Shown in pieces: positions 48,297 to 58,653 of a stretch of 61,650 bases of DNA. The translations under genes were made by a program, and so were the position numbers. The notes under the pieces are model-generated. The model worked only from the letters and a program-made list of their open reading frames with translations. It was not told the origin of the DNA and searched no databases. The stretch covers positions 1 to 61,650 of the forward strand of contig JAQUQM010000001.1 of assembly GCA_028716085.1 (NCBI GenBank), written 5' to 3'. Each line of letters begins with the position of its first letter. Position 1 is the first letter of the stretch. The DNA is from Dehalococcoidia bacterium (GTDB taxonomy: Bacteria; Chloroflexota; Dehalococcoidia; GIF9; UBA5629).

Positions 48297-48947
48297 CTAC
48301 TTTTTATGCTTGGTCAGCCTCGCTGTCGAGCTTAGAATATGGATCAGCGGGCTTGATTTTTTTGTGTAGATCTTCGCTCTGGATAAGGAATCGAGGTACT
48401 CTTCCTTGGTATTGAAATCATCCATATCTACATGTACATAGCCAATCTCAAGCGGGCTATGAGCGTCTGTACCGGCACTTTTATATTTGGTATATTTATT
48501 AGCCAATTCTGCGGCTTTCTTTTCAATGCCGGGGAAAAGACTCCTGGCATTGAAGACTTCGATTATATCTATCTTATCGATAATCGATTCTAAAACAGCA
48601 GTATTTCTGAACGCCGATGGCCTAACACGGTCAAATGGGTGGGGGATACATATCAGCCCACCCTGTTCTCTGATTTGTTTAATTGTCTCATCAAGGGTTA
48701 ATTTATTGGGAATGTCTTCCTGCAGAAAAAGCCCCATGACCTCTCCATAGGGCGTCATTATCTCTTCACAAATAATTACTTTGAAAGGGGCGATCTTGCT
48801 TACGTCTCTTCCGCCTTTTGTAGTACCGTGATCAGCTACAGCAACGCAATTGATTCCTTTCCTCAGACAGGTCTCAACGAGCTTTTCAGGGGACATGAAC
48901 GAGTCAATAGAATAGTGTGTATGGACGTGTAAATCAGCTCTAATCAA
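48297..48947 (-). CDS. Small PHP-domain metal-dependent phosphoesterase (paralog of 5453..6085)
   Basis: ADLHVHTHYS, VADHG, IPHPF and GTDAH motifs. TTG start 3 nt after the efp stop. Confidence 0.75.
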   Translation of the reverse strand: MIRADLHVHTHYSIDSFMSPEKLVETCLRKGINCVAVADHGTTKGGRDVSKIAPFKVIICEEIMTPYGEVMGLFLQEDIPNKLTLDETIKQIREQGGLICIPHPFDRVRPSAFRNTAVLESIIDKIDIIEVFNARSLFPGIEKKAAELANKYTKYKSAGTDAHSPLEIGYVHVDMDDFNTKEEYLDSLSRAKIYTKKSSPLIHILSSTARLTKHKK

Positions 48948-48950
48948 GAA

Positions 48951-49511
48951 TTAGCTAACCCTTTCCAGATATTGGCCGGTTCTTGTATCGACTTTGATAG
49001 TATCCCCTGTGTTAATAAAGAACGGAACCTGGATCGTAATACCGGTCTCCATCTTCGCCGGTTTACTTCCGGAACTGGCAGTGTTTCCCTTAAAACCCGG
49101 CCCGGTCTCTGCGATTTTAAGTTCCACGGCTATGGGGAGTTCAACACCGATGGCAACGTTTTTATGGGTAAGCAATTCCAGATTCATGTTTTCCTTCAAG
49201 TAATTTAGTGCATCTCCAAGGAGGGCCTTATCCACCGCGAATTGTTCATAATTTTCAGAGTCCATAAAATGATAGATGCTACCGTCATTGTAAAGAAACT
49301 GAACAGGCCGCCTCTCTAAAAAAGCTTTAGCGAATTTTTCACTTGCTTGAAACGATTTTTCTATTATATGCCCGGCTTTAACATCGCGTAATTTGATACG
49401 AATTTGCGCCGAGCCCCTTCCCATTTTTATATGCTGATAATCGAGCACCTGGTAAAGCTGTCCATCTAATAGTATAGTAATACCTTTTTTAAGCTCTCCT
49501 GCGTCAATCAT
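48951..49511 (-). CDS. efp: Elongation factor P
   Basis: 186 aa. Aligns by eye along its length with B. subtilis and E. coli EF-P. The loop is HIKMGRGSAQIR. Confidence 0.95.
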   Translation of the reverse strand: MIDAGELKKGITILLDGQLYQVLDYQHIKMGRGSAQIRIKLRDVKAGHIIEKSFQASEKFAKAFLERRPVQFLYNDGSIYHFMDSENYEQFAVDKALLGDALNYLKENMNLELLTHKNVAIGVELPIAVELKIAETGPGFKGNTASSGSKPAKMETGITIQVPFFINTGDTIKVDTRTGQYLERVS

Positions 49512-49517
49512 GGTATC

Positions 49518-50603
49518 TTATCCTCCCTGAATATGAGCCGATTTATCTGCCGAAGTCAAAGACCTGATCTTGCCATCCTTTATTGTAACCGTATCTTCTA
49601 TCCGAATGCCACCCCACCCCGGTATGTATATACCAGGCTCAACTGTAAAAACCATATTTTCCTTGAGGATATCGTTACTCTTGGTCCCCAGCCTGGGCAA
49701 TTCATGAGTTTCAAGGCCGACTCCGTGTCCCAGTCCATGGCCAAATTCCTCACCATATCCTGCCTTCGTAATTATCTCACGAACTAAACCGTCTACTGCT
49801 TCGCCGCTCATAGCAGCTTCAATGGCTGCCAGTGCAGTCAATTGGGCACCCAGAACTATATTATAGACTTTATTAAAAGTGGCATCTTCATTGCCAATAA
49901 TAAAAGTGCGTGTGATGTCGCTGCAATACCCGTTGACTCTGGCTCCCAGATCAATAGTGACAGTGTCGCCTTTGCCAATCTGTTTTTCCGTTGGCCTGGC
50001 ATGGGGTAAAGCTGCATTTATACCAGAAGCAACAATAATCTCAAAAGGGATTGCCTCGCTGTTTCGCTGTCTCATATAGCTCTCGAGTTCCCAGGCAAGG
50101 GCTTTTTCTGAAATTCCTGGCCGCATGTGCTCCCTGGCATATTGCATAGCCTGATCACCTATTTCGGCAGCTTTCTCTATGTACTCGATTTCAGTCTCAT
50201 CCTTTATCATTCTCAGAGATTCAATAACGCTTTTTGTGGCAATAATCTTAATCTGGGGACAGGATGTTTTTATAGTATTTTCCAGTTGCTGGTATAAGTT
50301 GATTGAAAGATGCTCCGACTCAACACCCAGCCTCGTTATCCCGATGCTGTTTAATATTTCCGGTAACCAGGAGGCAATGTCTCCCCTTACGTAAAATACT
50401 TCCAGCCCGTTCGTTTCCTTTTTTGCCTGTTCCACATACCTGAAATCAACAGCTATAATTGCTATATTCGCAGAAATCAGTAACCACCCTGCAGATCCAG
50501 TGAATCCCGATATGTAGCGGCGGTTAGCTGAAGAGCCGATAAGAATACAATCAAGGTCATTACCCTTGATCTGGGAACGCAGTGCTTGAATTCTATCCAG
50601 CAT
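49518..50603 (-). CDS. pepP: Xaa-Pro aminopeptidase/dipeptidase (M24B)
   Basis: Creatinase-like N-domain plus the M24 metal ligands (DxGA...D, HGLGHGVG, EPG, IRIED). Confidence 0.9.
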   Translation of the reverse strand: MLDRIQALRSQIKGNDLDCILIGSSANRRYISGFTGSAGWLLISANIAIIAVDFRYVEQAKKETNGLEVFYVRGDIASWLPEILNSIGITRLGVESEHLSINLYQQLENTIKTSCPQIKIIATKSVIESLRMIKDETEIEYIEKAAEIGDQAMQYAREHMRPGISEKALAWELESYMRQRNSEAIPFEIIVASGINAALPHARPTEKQIGKGDTVTIDLGARVNGYCSDITRTFIIGNEDATFNKVYNIVLGAQLTALAAIEAAMSGEAVDGLVREIITKAGYGEEFGHGLGHGVGLETHELPRLGTKSNDILKENMVFTVEPGIYIPGWGGIRIEDTVTIKDGKIRSLTSADKSAHIQGG

Positions 50604-50694
50604 GGCCTATCAGTAGTATCGATTATACGGCAGGTTCCCTATCAGATAGATGTCGCATAATTTCGGGAAGTAGTCCGATGGCACATTGGAGCAG

Positions 50695-52950
50695 CTATTT
50701 CTTAGCCCTCCTGTATTTTCCGAATTTGTAAAGCCGTCTCGTGGTTTTACATTCAGGATAACGGCTGCATGCTAAGAATTTACCGTATTTTCCCATCTTA
50801 ATGACCATAGGTTCACCGCATTCAGGGCATTTCTGTTTCGATGTTTTTGTTTCGCCGGCAGTCCGGTCGGCTGATGCTTCCCCTGTGCCATCATCGTTCT
50901 TGATGGTTCTTTTCCCTTTACATTGCGGATATTCAGAGCACGTGAGGAATTTCCCATATCGCCCCGTTTTTAAAATCATGGGTTTTCCACACACAGGACA
51001 GGGTTGACTCAAAACTTCTTGGGGAAGCTCTGCTATTTCAGAGGTTTGACTATCTGCGCGCGCTTCTGTTTTGGCTGCTATTGCTTTTTTTCCTTTACAT
51101 TTTGGATAACCGCTACATGCCAGGAATTTCCCATACCTGCTTGTTTTTACTACCATTGGCCTGCCGCATTCAGGGCAGGATTCATCAGAAGGAATTACAA
51201 TCTTGCTCAGGTTTTGTTGTGCTTTTTCCAGGTCACGATTAAAAGGCGTATAAAAACTCTTAATGACCGAGTTCCATTTTCTTTTGCCTTTAGCTATTTC
51301 GTCCAGCTCGTCTTCCATTTTAGCAGTAAAATTCAGATCCAAGATATCTGAGAAATTGCTCACCAATAGATCGTTGACTACCATGCCGATATCCTCTGGG
51401 CGCAGTTTGCCATTTTCCTTGTAAACATAATTCCTGTCCGAAATGGTAGAGATAATGGGAGCATAGGTGCTCGGTCTGCCGATGCCCTTTTGTTCCAGGG
51501 CTTTAATTAATGTAGCTTCGGTATATCTTGGCGGAGGTTGCGTGAAATTCTGCTCCGGGTATAATTCTACGAGCTTAACACTCTCACCCTCTTTCAGGTC
51601 AGGTAAAGTTGCCGGTTTTCCTTCATATTCGTCATTTTCATCATCTTTCCCTTCAATATACAGGGACATAAAACCTGGAAAGGTTAGTGTGGAAGCGTTG
51701 GTCTGAAACAAGTATCCTGTGCCGGAATTGCCATATACTGCTCCAATCTCTACTGTAACAGTATTATACAAAGCCGCAGCCATCTGGCTGGCAACTGCCC
51801 TTGTCCAGATAAGTTCATATAACTTGAACTGCTCTCTATTAAGATATTGTTGAATGAGAGCTGGTTCTCTGAATATTTTTGTTGGTCTTATGGCTTCATG
51901 GGCTTCCTGCGCCAGTTTTACCTTCTTACCAAAAGTCCTTGGCTGTGCAGGTAAGAACTTGTCGCCGAATTTGCTAACAATATAATTCCGCGTTTCTTCA
52001 ATTGCCTGAGCAGCCATGTGAGTGGAATCCGTACGCATATATGTTATTAGTCCAGTGTCACCTTCCTCACCGATAGGCAACCCTTCATAAAGCTGTTGCG
52101 CCACAAACATGGTTTTTTTAGCAGTAAAATGAAGTTTACGCCAGGCTTCCTGCTGTAATGTGCTGGTAATAAATGGTGGTGCCGGTTGACGGGAGACCTG
52201 TTTCTTATTGACGGATATAACGGAATATTCAGATTTATATAATTCGCTTAGAATTCTGTCGCAGCTGGTTTTATCTGAAATTGGCAGCTTTTTTCCATTG
52301 ATATCGCCGATGAGACTGGCGCGGAAAACTGAATTCCGGTTTTGTTGTTTGGTTAGTTCCGCCTGGATGGTCCAGTACTCAATGGGAACGAAGCTCAGAA
52401 TCTCCCTCTCTCTTTCTACGATAATCCTGAGGGCAGCAGATTGTACCCTTCCAGCTGAGAGCCCTTTCTGGATCTTTTTCCATAGGAGAGGGCTGAGCTT
52501 GTAACCTACAAGCCTGTCCAGTATACGCCTGGCCTGTTGCGCATCAACCATCTTCATATCGATGGAGCGCGGGTTTTCGAATGCCTCTTCAACAGCCTGT
52601 TTGGTTATTTCATGGAATGTTACACGCCTGATGGGGATATTATCTTTGATCAAATTGGCAGCTTCGACAAGATGCCATGAAATGGCCTCCCCTTCACGAT
52701 CCGGATCAGTTGCCAGGTATATGGCTGATGCGTTGTTGGCTTGTGCTTTTATCTCTTTTATCAGAGAACGTCTCTCACTGATAACTCTATATACAGGTTT
52801 GAATTCCTGGTCAATTTGTATACCAAGCTCGTCCTCGGGTAAATCACGTACATGCCCCATAGAGGCCTTGATAATGAAGTTATTACCGAGTATTCGTTTT
52901 AAAGTTTTCGCCTTGGCAGGTGACTCAACAATTACAAGTTTATCTGACAT
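50695..52950 (-). CDS. topA: DNA topoisomerase I with three C-terminal zinc ribbons
   Basis: LVIVESPAKAKT Toprim, active-site YMRTDST, and three copies of CPxCGxPM...GKFLxCSxYPxCK. Confidence 0.95.
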   Translation of the reverse strand: MSDKLVIVESPAKAKTLKRILGNNFIIKASMGHVRDLPEDELGIQIDQEFKPVYRVISERRSLIKEIKAQANNASAIYLATDPDREGEAISWHLVEAANLIKDNIPIRRVTFHEITKQAVEEAFENPRSIDMKMVDAQQARRILDRLVGYKLSPLLWKKIQKGLSAGRVQSAALRIIVEREREILSFVPIEYWTIQAELTKQQNRNSVFRASLIGDINGKKLPISDKTSCDRILSELYKSEYSVISVNKKQVSRQPAPPFITSTLQQEAWRKLHFTAKKTMFVAQQLYEGLPIGEEGDTGLITYMRTDSTHMAAQAIEETRNYIVSKFGDKFLPAQPRTFGKKVKLAQEAHEAIRPTKIFREPALIQQYLNREQFKLYELIWTRAVASQMAAALYNTVTVEIGAVYGNSGTGYLFQTNASTLTFPGFMSLYIEGKDDENDEYEGKPATLPDLKEGESVKLVELYPEQNFTQPPPRYTEATLIKALEQKGIGRPSTYAPIISTISDRNYVYKENGKLRPEDIGMVVNDLLVSNFSDILDLNFTAKMEDELDEIAKGKRKWNSVIKSFYTPFNRDLEKAQQNLSKIVIPSDESCPECGRPMVVKTSRYGKFLACSGYPKCKGKKAIAAKTEARADSQTSEIAELPQEVLSQPCPVCGKPMILKTGRYGKFLTCSEYPQCKGKRTIKNDDGTGEASADRTAGETKTSKQKCPECGEPMVIKMGKYGKFLACSRYPECKTTRRLYKFGKYRRAKK

Positions 52951-52965
52951 AAATACTATCCATTG

Positions 52966-54063
52966 CTATTTTATTTTATTGTTTAGTATATAACACATGT
53001 TGCCGATAGGACGCGCCGATCCTTTTAACTCCATCAGAGCTAAATTACTGATAACGTTCGATGTTTCCAAACCGGTTTGACGGCAAATTTCGTCCACATG
53101 AATCGGTTCTTCTTTGAGACATTTTATTATAATTGATTCGATTTCATTTTCCGCAACGGTTTCCTTCATTTCAAGTTGCTGGCTGATTAAATTTAAATTC
53201 AACTCTTCAATCACGTCCATAAAATTTCGAACGAGTTTAGCTTCGCCCTCTTGTATAAGCTTGTTGGATCCCTTGCTCATAAGTGAATAAATATTGCCGG
53301 GTACTGCAAAGACTTCCCGATTCTGGTCAATGGCCGATTTTGCTGTAATCAACGCACCGCCTTTTTCACCGGATTCTATGACCAGCACACCGAGGCTCAA
53401 GCCACTTAGTATTCTATTTCGACGCGGAAAATTATCAGCTTTCGGTTTAGTGCCCAGGGGATACTCACTAACCAGGGCTCCTTTTTCACTTATCTCACGT
53501 GCGAGCTTTATGTTTTCCGGTGGATATACAATATCCAATCCGCAGGCAAATACTGCGATTGTCCGGCCGCTTACATCTAAAGCCGTCCGGTGTGCTATTG
53601 AATCGATACCTTTGGCCAGGCCGCTGACAATCACAATATTATTGCGCGCCAAGTCTGTTACGAGATCCTCTGTAACCTGCCTTCCGTATGCTGTCGAACG
53701 CCGGGTACCCACTACCGCCAGGCTACATTCGTCACCAGGTTTCAATTGGCCACGAATGTAGATAACAGGCGGGCAATCACCCGCCTCTTTCAGCAGTTTC
53801 GGATATTGGGCAGATTCATATGTAATTGCATCCACATGAAATTTTTCCAGTAAATCGATTTCCTGATCTAAGTTTATCTTGGATCTGTGATGAACAATAA
53901 TCTCAGCGTGCTTGGGATCAAGGCCTGCTTGCGTTAGTTCTAATAATGAAGCTTTCCATGCATACTCAAGACCTTTAAATCGGTCTTTCAGCAATGCGAT
54001 CTTAGCCCTTCCGATACCTGGAATCTTAGAGAAACCGACCCAGTATTGTAAATCTTTCTTCAT
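52966..54063 (-). CDS. dprA: DNA processing protein DprA
   Basis: VVGTRRST.YG, SGLAKGIDS.AH and the Rossmann-like DprA core. Conserved dprA-topA adjacency. Confidence 0.92.
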   Translation of the reverse strand: MKKDLQYWVGFSKIPGIGRAKIALLKDRFKGLEYAWKASLLELTQAGLDPKHAEIIVHHRSKINLDQEIDLLEKFHVDAITYESAQYPKLLKEAGDCPPVIYIRGQLKPGDECSLAVVGTRRSTAYGRQVTEDLVTDLARNNIVIVSGLAKGIDSIAHRTALDVSGRTIAVFACGLDIVYPPENIKLAREISEKGALVSEYPLGTKPKADNFPRRNRILSGLSLGVLVIESGEKGGALITAKSAIDQNREVFAVPGNIYSLMSKGSNKLIQEGEAKLVRNFMDVIEELNLNLISQQLEMKETVAENEIESIIIKCLKEEPIHVDEICRQTGLETSNVISNLALMELKGSARPIGNMCYILNNKIK

Positions 54064-54155
54064 TATTTATATATCGCGTAATTTTAACATAGCTCTTTAA
54101 AAGCCAGAAATATCAGAGATAGGAAAAGGGCAACTTTGGGAATCCAATTGGAAAA

Positions 54156-54995
54156 TTAATATTCTGCAAGTAGATTTTTTATTTCGGGGATGACAGCAAC
54201 GGCAGCCTTATAGCCGGCTTCAATAGCCTCGGCGCCGCGGTAAAACTCATAAGCTTCAATATGACTGACATCCGGTTCGATAATAATATCTGCTTTTAAT
54301 ATGCTGGCGCGTATGATTTCGTATTCCATTATATAGAGCGATTGTATCAAAGTGTTAATCAAAGAGGGAGGCTTGTTGGATTTCTTGTCTCCGGTCAAAC
54401 CTAGATGTTTGCGTTTTTTAGGATCGTTTAACACATTGACAGCGATTGTGAAAGTGGCCCCCATAAATCTGACCACGTCCGCAGGTACGGGATTTGTTGT
54501 GCCTCCGTCTACCAGGAACCGCCCGTCATAATTCACTGGAACGAAAATGGCAGGGATTGATATGCTTGCACGTACTGCTTTTACGAGAGGTCCCTGATTA
54601 ATGACTACTTCATTGCCGGTTCTGATGTCGGTAGCTACTGCACAAAAGGGTATAGCCAATTCTGCAAAATCTTTATCACCGATAATCTTTTTTAAAAAAC
54701 TTTCGACCTTGCCTCCCTGGATGACTCCACTGCGTAGAAAAGAAAATTTAAGGTCCAGTAATTGACCTAGTTTACGTAAGTTTGAGGTCAGAGCGATTTC
54801 TTCGAGCAGCGAAATATGTGCATCGGCAGCATAGCACGCACCGACCAATGCGCCCATACTGGTTCCGGCGATTAAGTCGATAGGTATGTCGGCTTCCCTG
54901 AGAGCCTTGATCACACCTATATGAGCAATACCCTTAGCGGCACCACTGCCCAGCGCCAATCCGATTTTTCGGGGAGACCCTATGACATCGGTCAT
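54156..54995 (-). CDS. Patatin-like phospholipase
   Basis: GLALGSGAAKGIAHIG, GTSMGA (GxSxG) and DGG motifs. Start moved to ATG 54995, because the longer ORF runs into tRNA-Ser. Confidence 0.85.
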   Translation of the reverse strand: MTDVIGSPRKIGLALGSGAAKGIAHIGVIKALREADIPIDLIAGTSMGALVGACYAADAHISLLEEIALTSNLRKLGQLLDLKFSFLRSGVIQGGKVESFLKKIIGDKDFAELAIPFCAVATDIRTGNEVVINQGPLVKAVRASISIPAIFVPVNYDGRFLVDGGTTNPVPADVVRFMGATFTIAVNVLNDPKKRKHLGLTGDKKSNKPPSLINTLIQSLYIMEYEIIRASILKADIIIEPDVSHIEAYEFYRGAEAIEAGYKAAVAVIPEIKNLLAEY

Positions 54996-55019
54996 ATCAT
55001 CACCAAATGTTACATTGAG

Positions 55020-55108
<89 letters not shown>

Positions 55109-55124
55109 TAATAAGATATTACGG

Positions 55125-55207
55125 CGGAGAGGGTGGGATTCGAACCCACGAGGCTCTCGCCCACCGCTTTTCGAGAGCGGCACCATCAGCCACTCGGTCA
55201 CCTCTCC
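55125..55207 (-). tRNA. tRNA-Ser (CGA), 3' end followed by CCG rather than CCA
   Basis: Same acceptor and T arm as the neighbouring tRNA-Ser. Anticodon stem CCGCT/AGCGG with loop CTCGAAA. Confidence 0.88.
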
Positions 55208-55308
55208 ACGTGTCGCTTATTATATCATTGTGAATACGACGGTAAAAAATGCCACGGCATTATATACGATATAATTTGTGTCTTTCAATTGGATTGACAA
55301 TCACCGGA

Positions 55309-55317
55309 TGATATAAT
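55309..55317 (+). promoter_or_regulatory. Extended -10 promoter element (TGaTATAAT) upstream of the P-type ATPase
   Basis: gaTGaTATAATttc, about 40 nt upstream of the TTG start at 55356. Confidence 0.35.
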
Positions 55318-55355
55318 TTCAACTCGAACTCAACACAATTAAGGAACCAGTAAAT

Positions 55356-58103
55356 TTGAAAAAGAGTTATAAACAGGCATCCACAAAACATGACATAACG
55401 GAACAGAACATTAGGCCCTGGCATAATCTCGCTTCTTCTGATGTAGTTGCCGCTCTGGATTCAAATCCAAACGGGTTAAGCCAGGAAGAGGCAACAATAC
55501 GGCTGGAAAAATATGGATCCAACGAACTGGCAGATGAAGGTAAGATATCAACCTGGTTATTACTTATCGAACAGTTTAAGAACATCCTGATTATTATTCT
55601 ACTGATTGCTGTAATCATCTCTGCATTTCTTGGCGAAATCAATGATGCCATCGTTATTTTCATTATTATTTTGTTCGCAGCAGGCCTTGGATTTATTCAG
55701 GAATACAGGGCCGAGCGTGCAATTCAAGCATTAAAAAAAATGGCAGCTCCTCTGGCGTCCGTCTTGCGCGATGGAGAGGAAATTGATGTACCATCCGCAG
55801 AAATTGTTCCCGGAGATATCATTATTATACGAACGGGAGATAGGGTACCTGCTGATGCGCGCATACTTGAGTCGCAAAATTTGAGGACGGATGAGGCTGC
55901 ATTGACTGGAGAATCTGTAGCTGTTGATAAATCCGAAACTGCCATTCCAGGGGATGTTCAGATAGGGGACAGGCTGAATATGGCTTTAATGGGCACTGTG
56001 GCGGTCTATGGCCGGGGAAAAGCAGTGGTGGTCGGCACGGGGAAAAATACTGTATTCGGCAGTATCGCCACTATGTTAAGGGAAGTTAAGGCTGAAAAAA
56101 CTCCACTCCAGGTTAATTTGGACAAGATGGGGAAATGGATCGCTATTGGAGCACTTACGCTGTGTTTTGTGCTTGCGGTAATGGGAATTTTCAGAGGTCA
56201 CGAGCCTTTGGAAATGCTGATCTGGGGTGTTAGCCTCGCAGTAGCTGCAGTACCCGAGGCGCTTCCGGCAGTTGTCACAATTTCCCTTGCCATCGGTGTT
56301 AACCGGATGGTGAAAAAGCATGCCCTGATTCGAAAACTGCCGGCTGTGGAAACACTGGGATGTACGACCATTATATGCTCGGATAAAACTGGCACAATGA
56401 CACAGGATGAAATGACCCTGAAAAAGATTTACATAAATGGAAGAATCATTGACATCACAGGTGTTGGCTATGAACCTGAAGGCAGCTTCTACCATGATAA
56501 AAAACGTGTAGATCATACAAAAGATGCGGAGCTATTCAAATTTTTCCAATCTACCAACCTGTGTACGGACACCAAACTGTATAAAGATGAAGATATATGG
56601 AAAATAAAGGGAGACCCTACGGAAGGAGCCTTCATTGTAGCTGCAAGGAAGGCGGGGCTGGAAACTGACCGGATTTGCAGCGTCAATCCCCGAATTACCG
56701 AGATACCTTTTACTTCTGAAACCAAAAGGATGGTTACTATTTATAAAGAACCTAAAGGAATCGTGGCTTATTCGAACGGGGCGGCCGAAGTCATACTGAA
56801 TTCGTGCGATTTCATCTATAGAGATGGTCGCGAGGAACAACTTGATAGTAATGAAAAGTCAAAGATAACCGAAGTAATTCACGAAATGGCTGGGGAAGCA
56901 TTGCGTGTACTGGCGGCTGCTTACAAACGTCTGCCTGATGATTTTAAATCAGATGGCTCTCTTGATAAGGGCATGGTGCTGGTTGGCCTCGGGGGCATGA
57001 TAGATCCGCCGAGACCGGAGGTAAAACATTCTATTCAGATTTGCCATCAAGCAGGAATTAAAACGGTGATGATAACAGGTGATCACAAGCTGACTGCCGT
57101 TGCCATTGCCAAAGAACTGGGTATACTGAAGCATGGCTTGGCTTTAACAGGGAATGAGATCGATAAAATCAGTCCTGAAGAATTTGAAGAAATGGTGGAG
57201 CGAATTGAAGTATATGCACGAGTCTCTCCCGAGCATAAGTTACGTGTGGTCGAAGCTTTAGCACGGCACGGTCATGTTGTTGCCATGACAGGTGACGGTA
57301 TCAATGATGCTCCAGCTTTAAAGAAAGCTGATATCGGCGTCGCAATGGGAATCAAAGGAACGGATGTCACCAAGGAAGCTGCCGAAATGATACTAACTGA
57401 TGACAATTTTGCTTCTATAGTAGCTGCAGTGGAAGAGGGGAGAGCCATATTTGGAAATATAAAGAAATACCTGGTATATTTACTCTCCTGTAATATCGGC
57501 GAAATATTACTTATGGCAGCTGTAATTCTGGCTGGACCATTATTCGGAATTGGAGCCGGAATTATACCTTTAGTGGCAATTCAAATCCTGTATGTGAATC
57601 TGGCTACTGACGGACTTCCTGCACTGGCTCTATCCGTCGATCCTCGTTCAAAAGGAATAATGAAAGAAAAACCACGTCCCAGGCAGGAGACGATTTTTAC
57701 GCGACCTGTAATAAGCTACATGTTGCTTATAGGCATCTGGACATGCATCGCACCCCTTACGGTTTTTGCATGGGCGCTGAATTTTGGGAAAAGTCTGATC
57801 GAAGCACAATGCCTGTGTTTTGTGACACTGATCACTATACAATTCTTTAACGCTTTCAATTGCCGTTCTCTGGATAAATCCTTATTTAATCTGGGTGTCC
57901 GGCAGAACAGATGGTTGATTGCAGCCGTTTTCTGGGAGCTGTGCCTGTTGTTGTTAGTAGTTTACTGGCCTGTTCTTCAAAGCTCGTTCCATACATATGC
58001 ACTGGATGGCATCGATTGGGCTATAGCTGTAGCCAGCGCTTCGACCGTTTTTCTGATAGCTGAACTCTATAAGTTAATTTACAGGAAGAGCACGCTGAAA
58101 TAA
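55356..58103 (+). CDS. P-type cation-transporting ATPase (type II, Ca2+/Mg2+-ATPase-like)
   Basis: TGES, PEALP (TM4), [15 protein letters not shown] and [10 protein letters not shown] motifs. 915 aa with 10 TM segments. Confidence 0.92.
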   Translation: MKKSYKQASTKHDITEQNIRPWHNLASSDVVAALDSNPNGLSQEEATIRLEKYGSNELADEGKISTWLLLIEQFKNILIIILLIAVIISAFLGEINDAIVIFIIILFAAGLGFIQEYRAERAIQALKKMAAPLASVLRDGEEIDVPSAEIVPGDIIIIRTGDRVPADARILESQNLRTDEAALTGESVAVDKSETAIPGDVQIGDRLNMALMGTVAVYGRGKAVVVGTGKNTVFGSIATMLREVKAEKTPLQVNLDKMGKWIAIGALTLCFVLAVMGIFRGHEPLEMLIWGVSLAVAAVPEALPAVVTISLAIGVNRMVKKHALIRKLPAVETLGCTTIICSDKTGTMTQDEMTLKKIYINGRIIDITGVGYEPEGSFYHDKKRVDHTKDAELFKFFQSTNLCTDTKLYKDEDIWKIKGDPTEGAFIVAARKAGLETDRICSVNPRITEIPFTSETKRMVTIYKEPKGIVAYSNGAAEVILNSCDFIYRDGREEQLDSNEKSKITEVIHEMAGEALRVLAAAYKRLPDDFKSDGSLDKGMVLVGLGGMIDPPRPEVKHSIQICHQAGIKTVMITGDHKLTAVAIAKELGILKHGLALTGNEIDKISPEEFEEMVERIEVYARVSPEHKLRVVEALARHGHVVAMTGDGINDAPALKKADIGVAMGIKGTDVTKEAAEMILTDDNFASIVAAVEEGRAIFGNIKKYLVYLLSCNIGEILLMAAVILAGPLFGIGAGIIPLVAIQILYVNLATDGLPALALSVDPRSKGIMKEKPRPRQETIFTRPVISYMLLIGIWTCIAPLTVFAWALNFGKSLIEAQCLCFVTLITIQFFNAFNCRSLDKSLFNLGVRQNRWLIAAVFWELCLLLLVVYWPVLQSSFHTYALDGIDWAIAVASASTVFLIAELYKLIYRKSTLK

Positions 58104-58136
58104 AATGTTAAATTATATTTGTGTGAGGTGGAACAG

Positions 58137-58595
58137 ATGTACAAAAAGATACTTGTGCCATTAGATGGATCGACTCTGGCGGAATGTGTTATTCCACATA
58201 TCAAAATTATTGCTAAAGCGGCAAATTCCAAAGTACAACTTATCAGTGTGGCTGAACCGATAGAAATCCCTACCCGTGGAAAAATTGCCCTTAGCGACGA
58301 TGATTTAAAGCAGATTAACTCGGATGCCCAAAAAAACTTGCATAATTATCTAGCCAGCATAAAGAGTAGCCTGAAGCGTTCAGGTATAGTAGCTAGCGCC
58401 ATTGTATTAACCGGGAAACCTGCGGAAAGCCTGGTTAATTATATTGAAAATAATGATATTGATCTCATTATTATGGCGACTCATGGACGTTCCGGAATTA
58501 CCAAGTGGTTCTGGGGGAGTATTGCGGAGAAGGTATTGCGAGCAGTGAATGTACCGGTGCTCCTGATAAAAACATCATCCTCAGATGCAGACTGA
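58137..58595 (+). CDS. Universal stress protein (UspA family)
   Basis: GAGGTG SD precedes ATG 58137. MYKKILVPLDGS and MATHGRSG...GS.AEKV motifs. Confidence 0.85.
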   Translation: MYKKILVPLDGSTLAECVIPHIKIIAKAANSKVQLISVAEPIEIPTRGKIALSDDDLKQINSDAQKNLHNYLASIKSSLKRSGIVASAIVLTGKPAESLVNYIENNDIDLIIMATHGRSGITKWFWGSIAEKVLRAVNVPVLLIKTSSSDAD

Positions 58596-58653
58596 GATAA
58601 TCTGACAACTAACTCAGTGAAAGTATTGATTGCGTGATAGTGGTCTTATTGGC

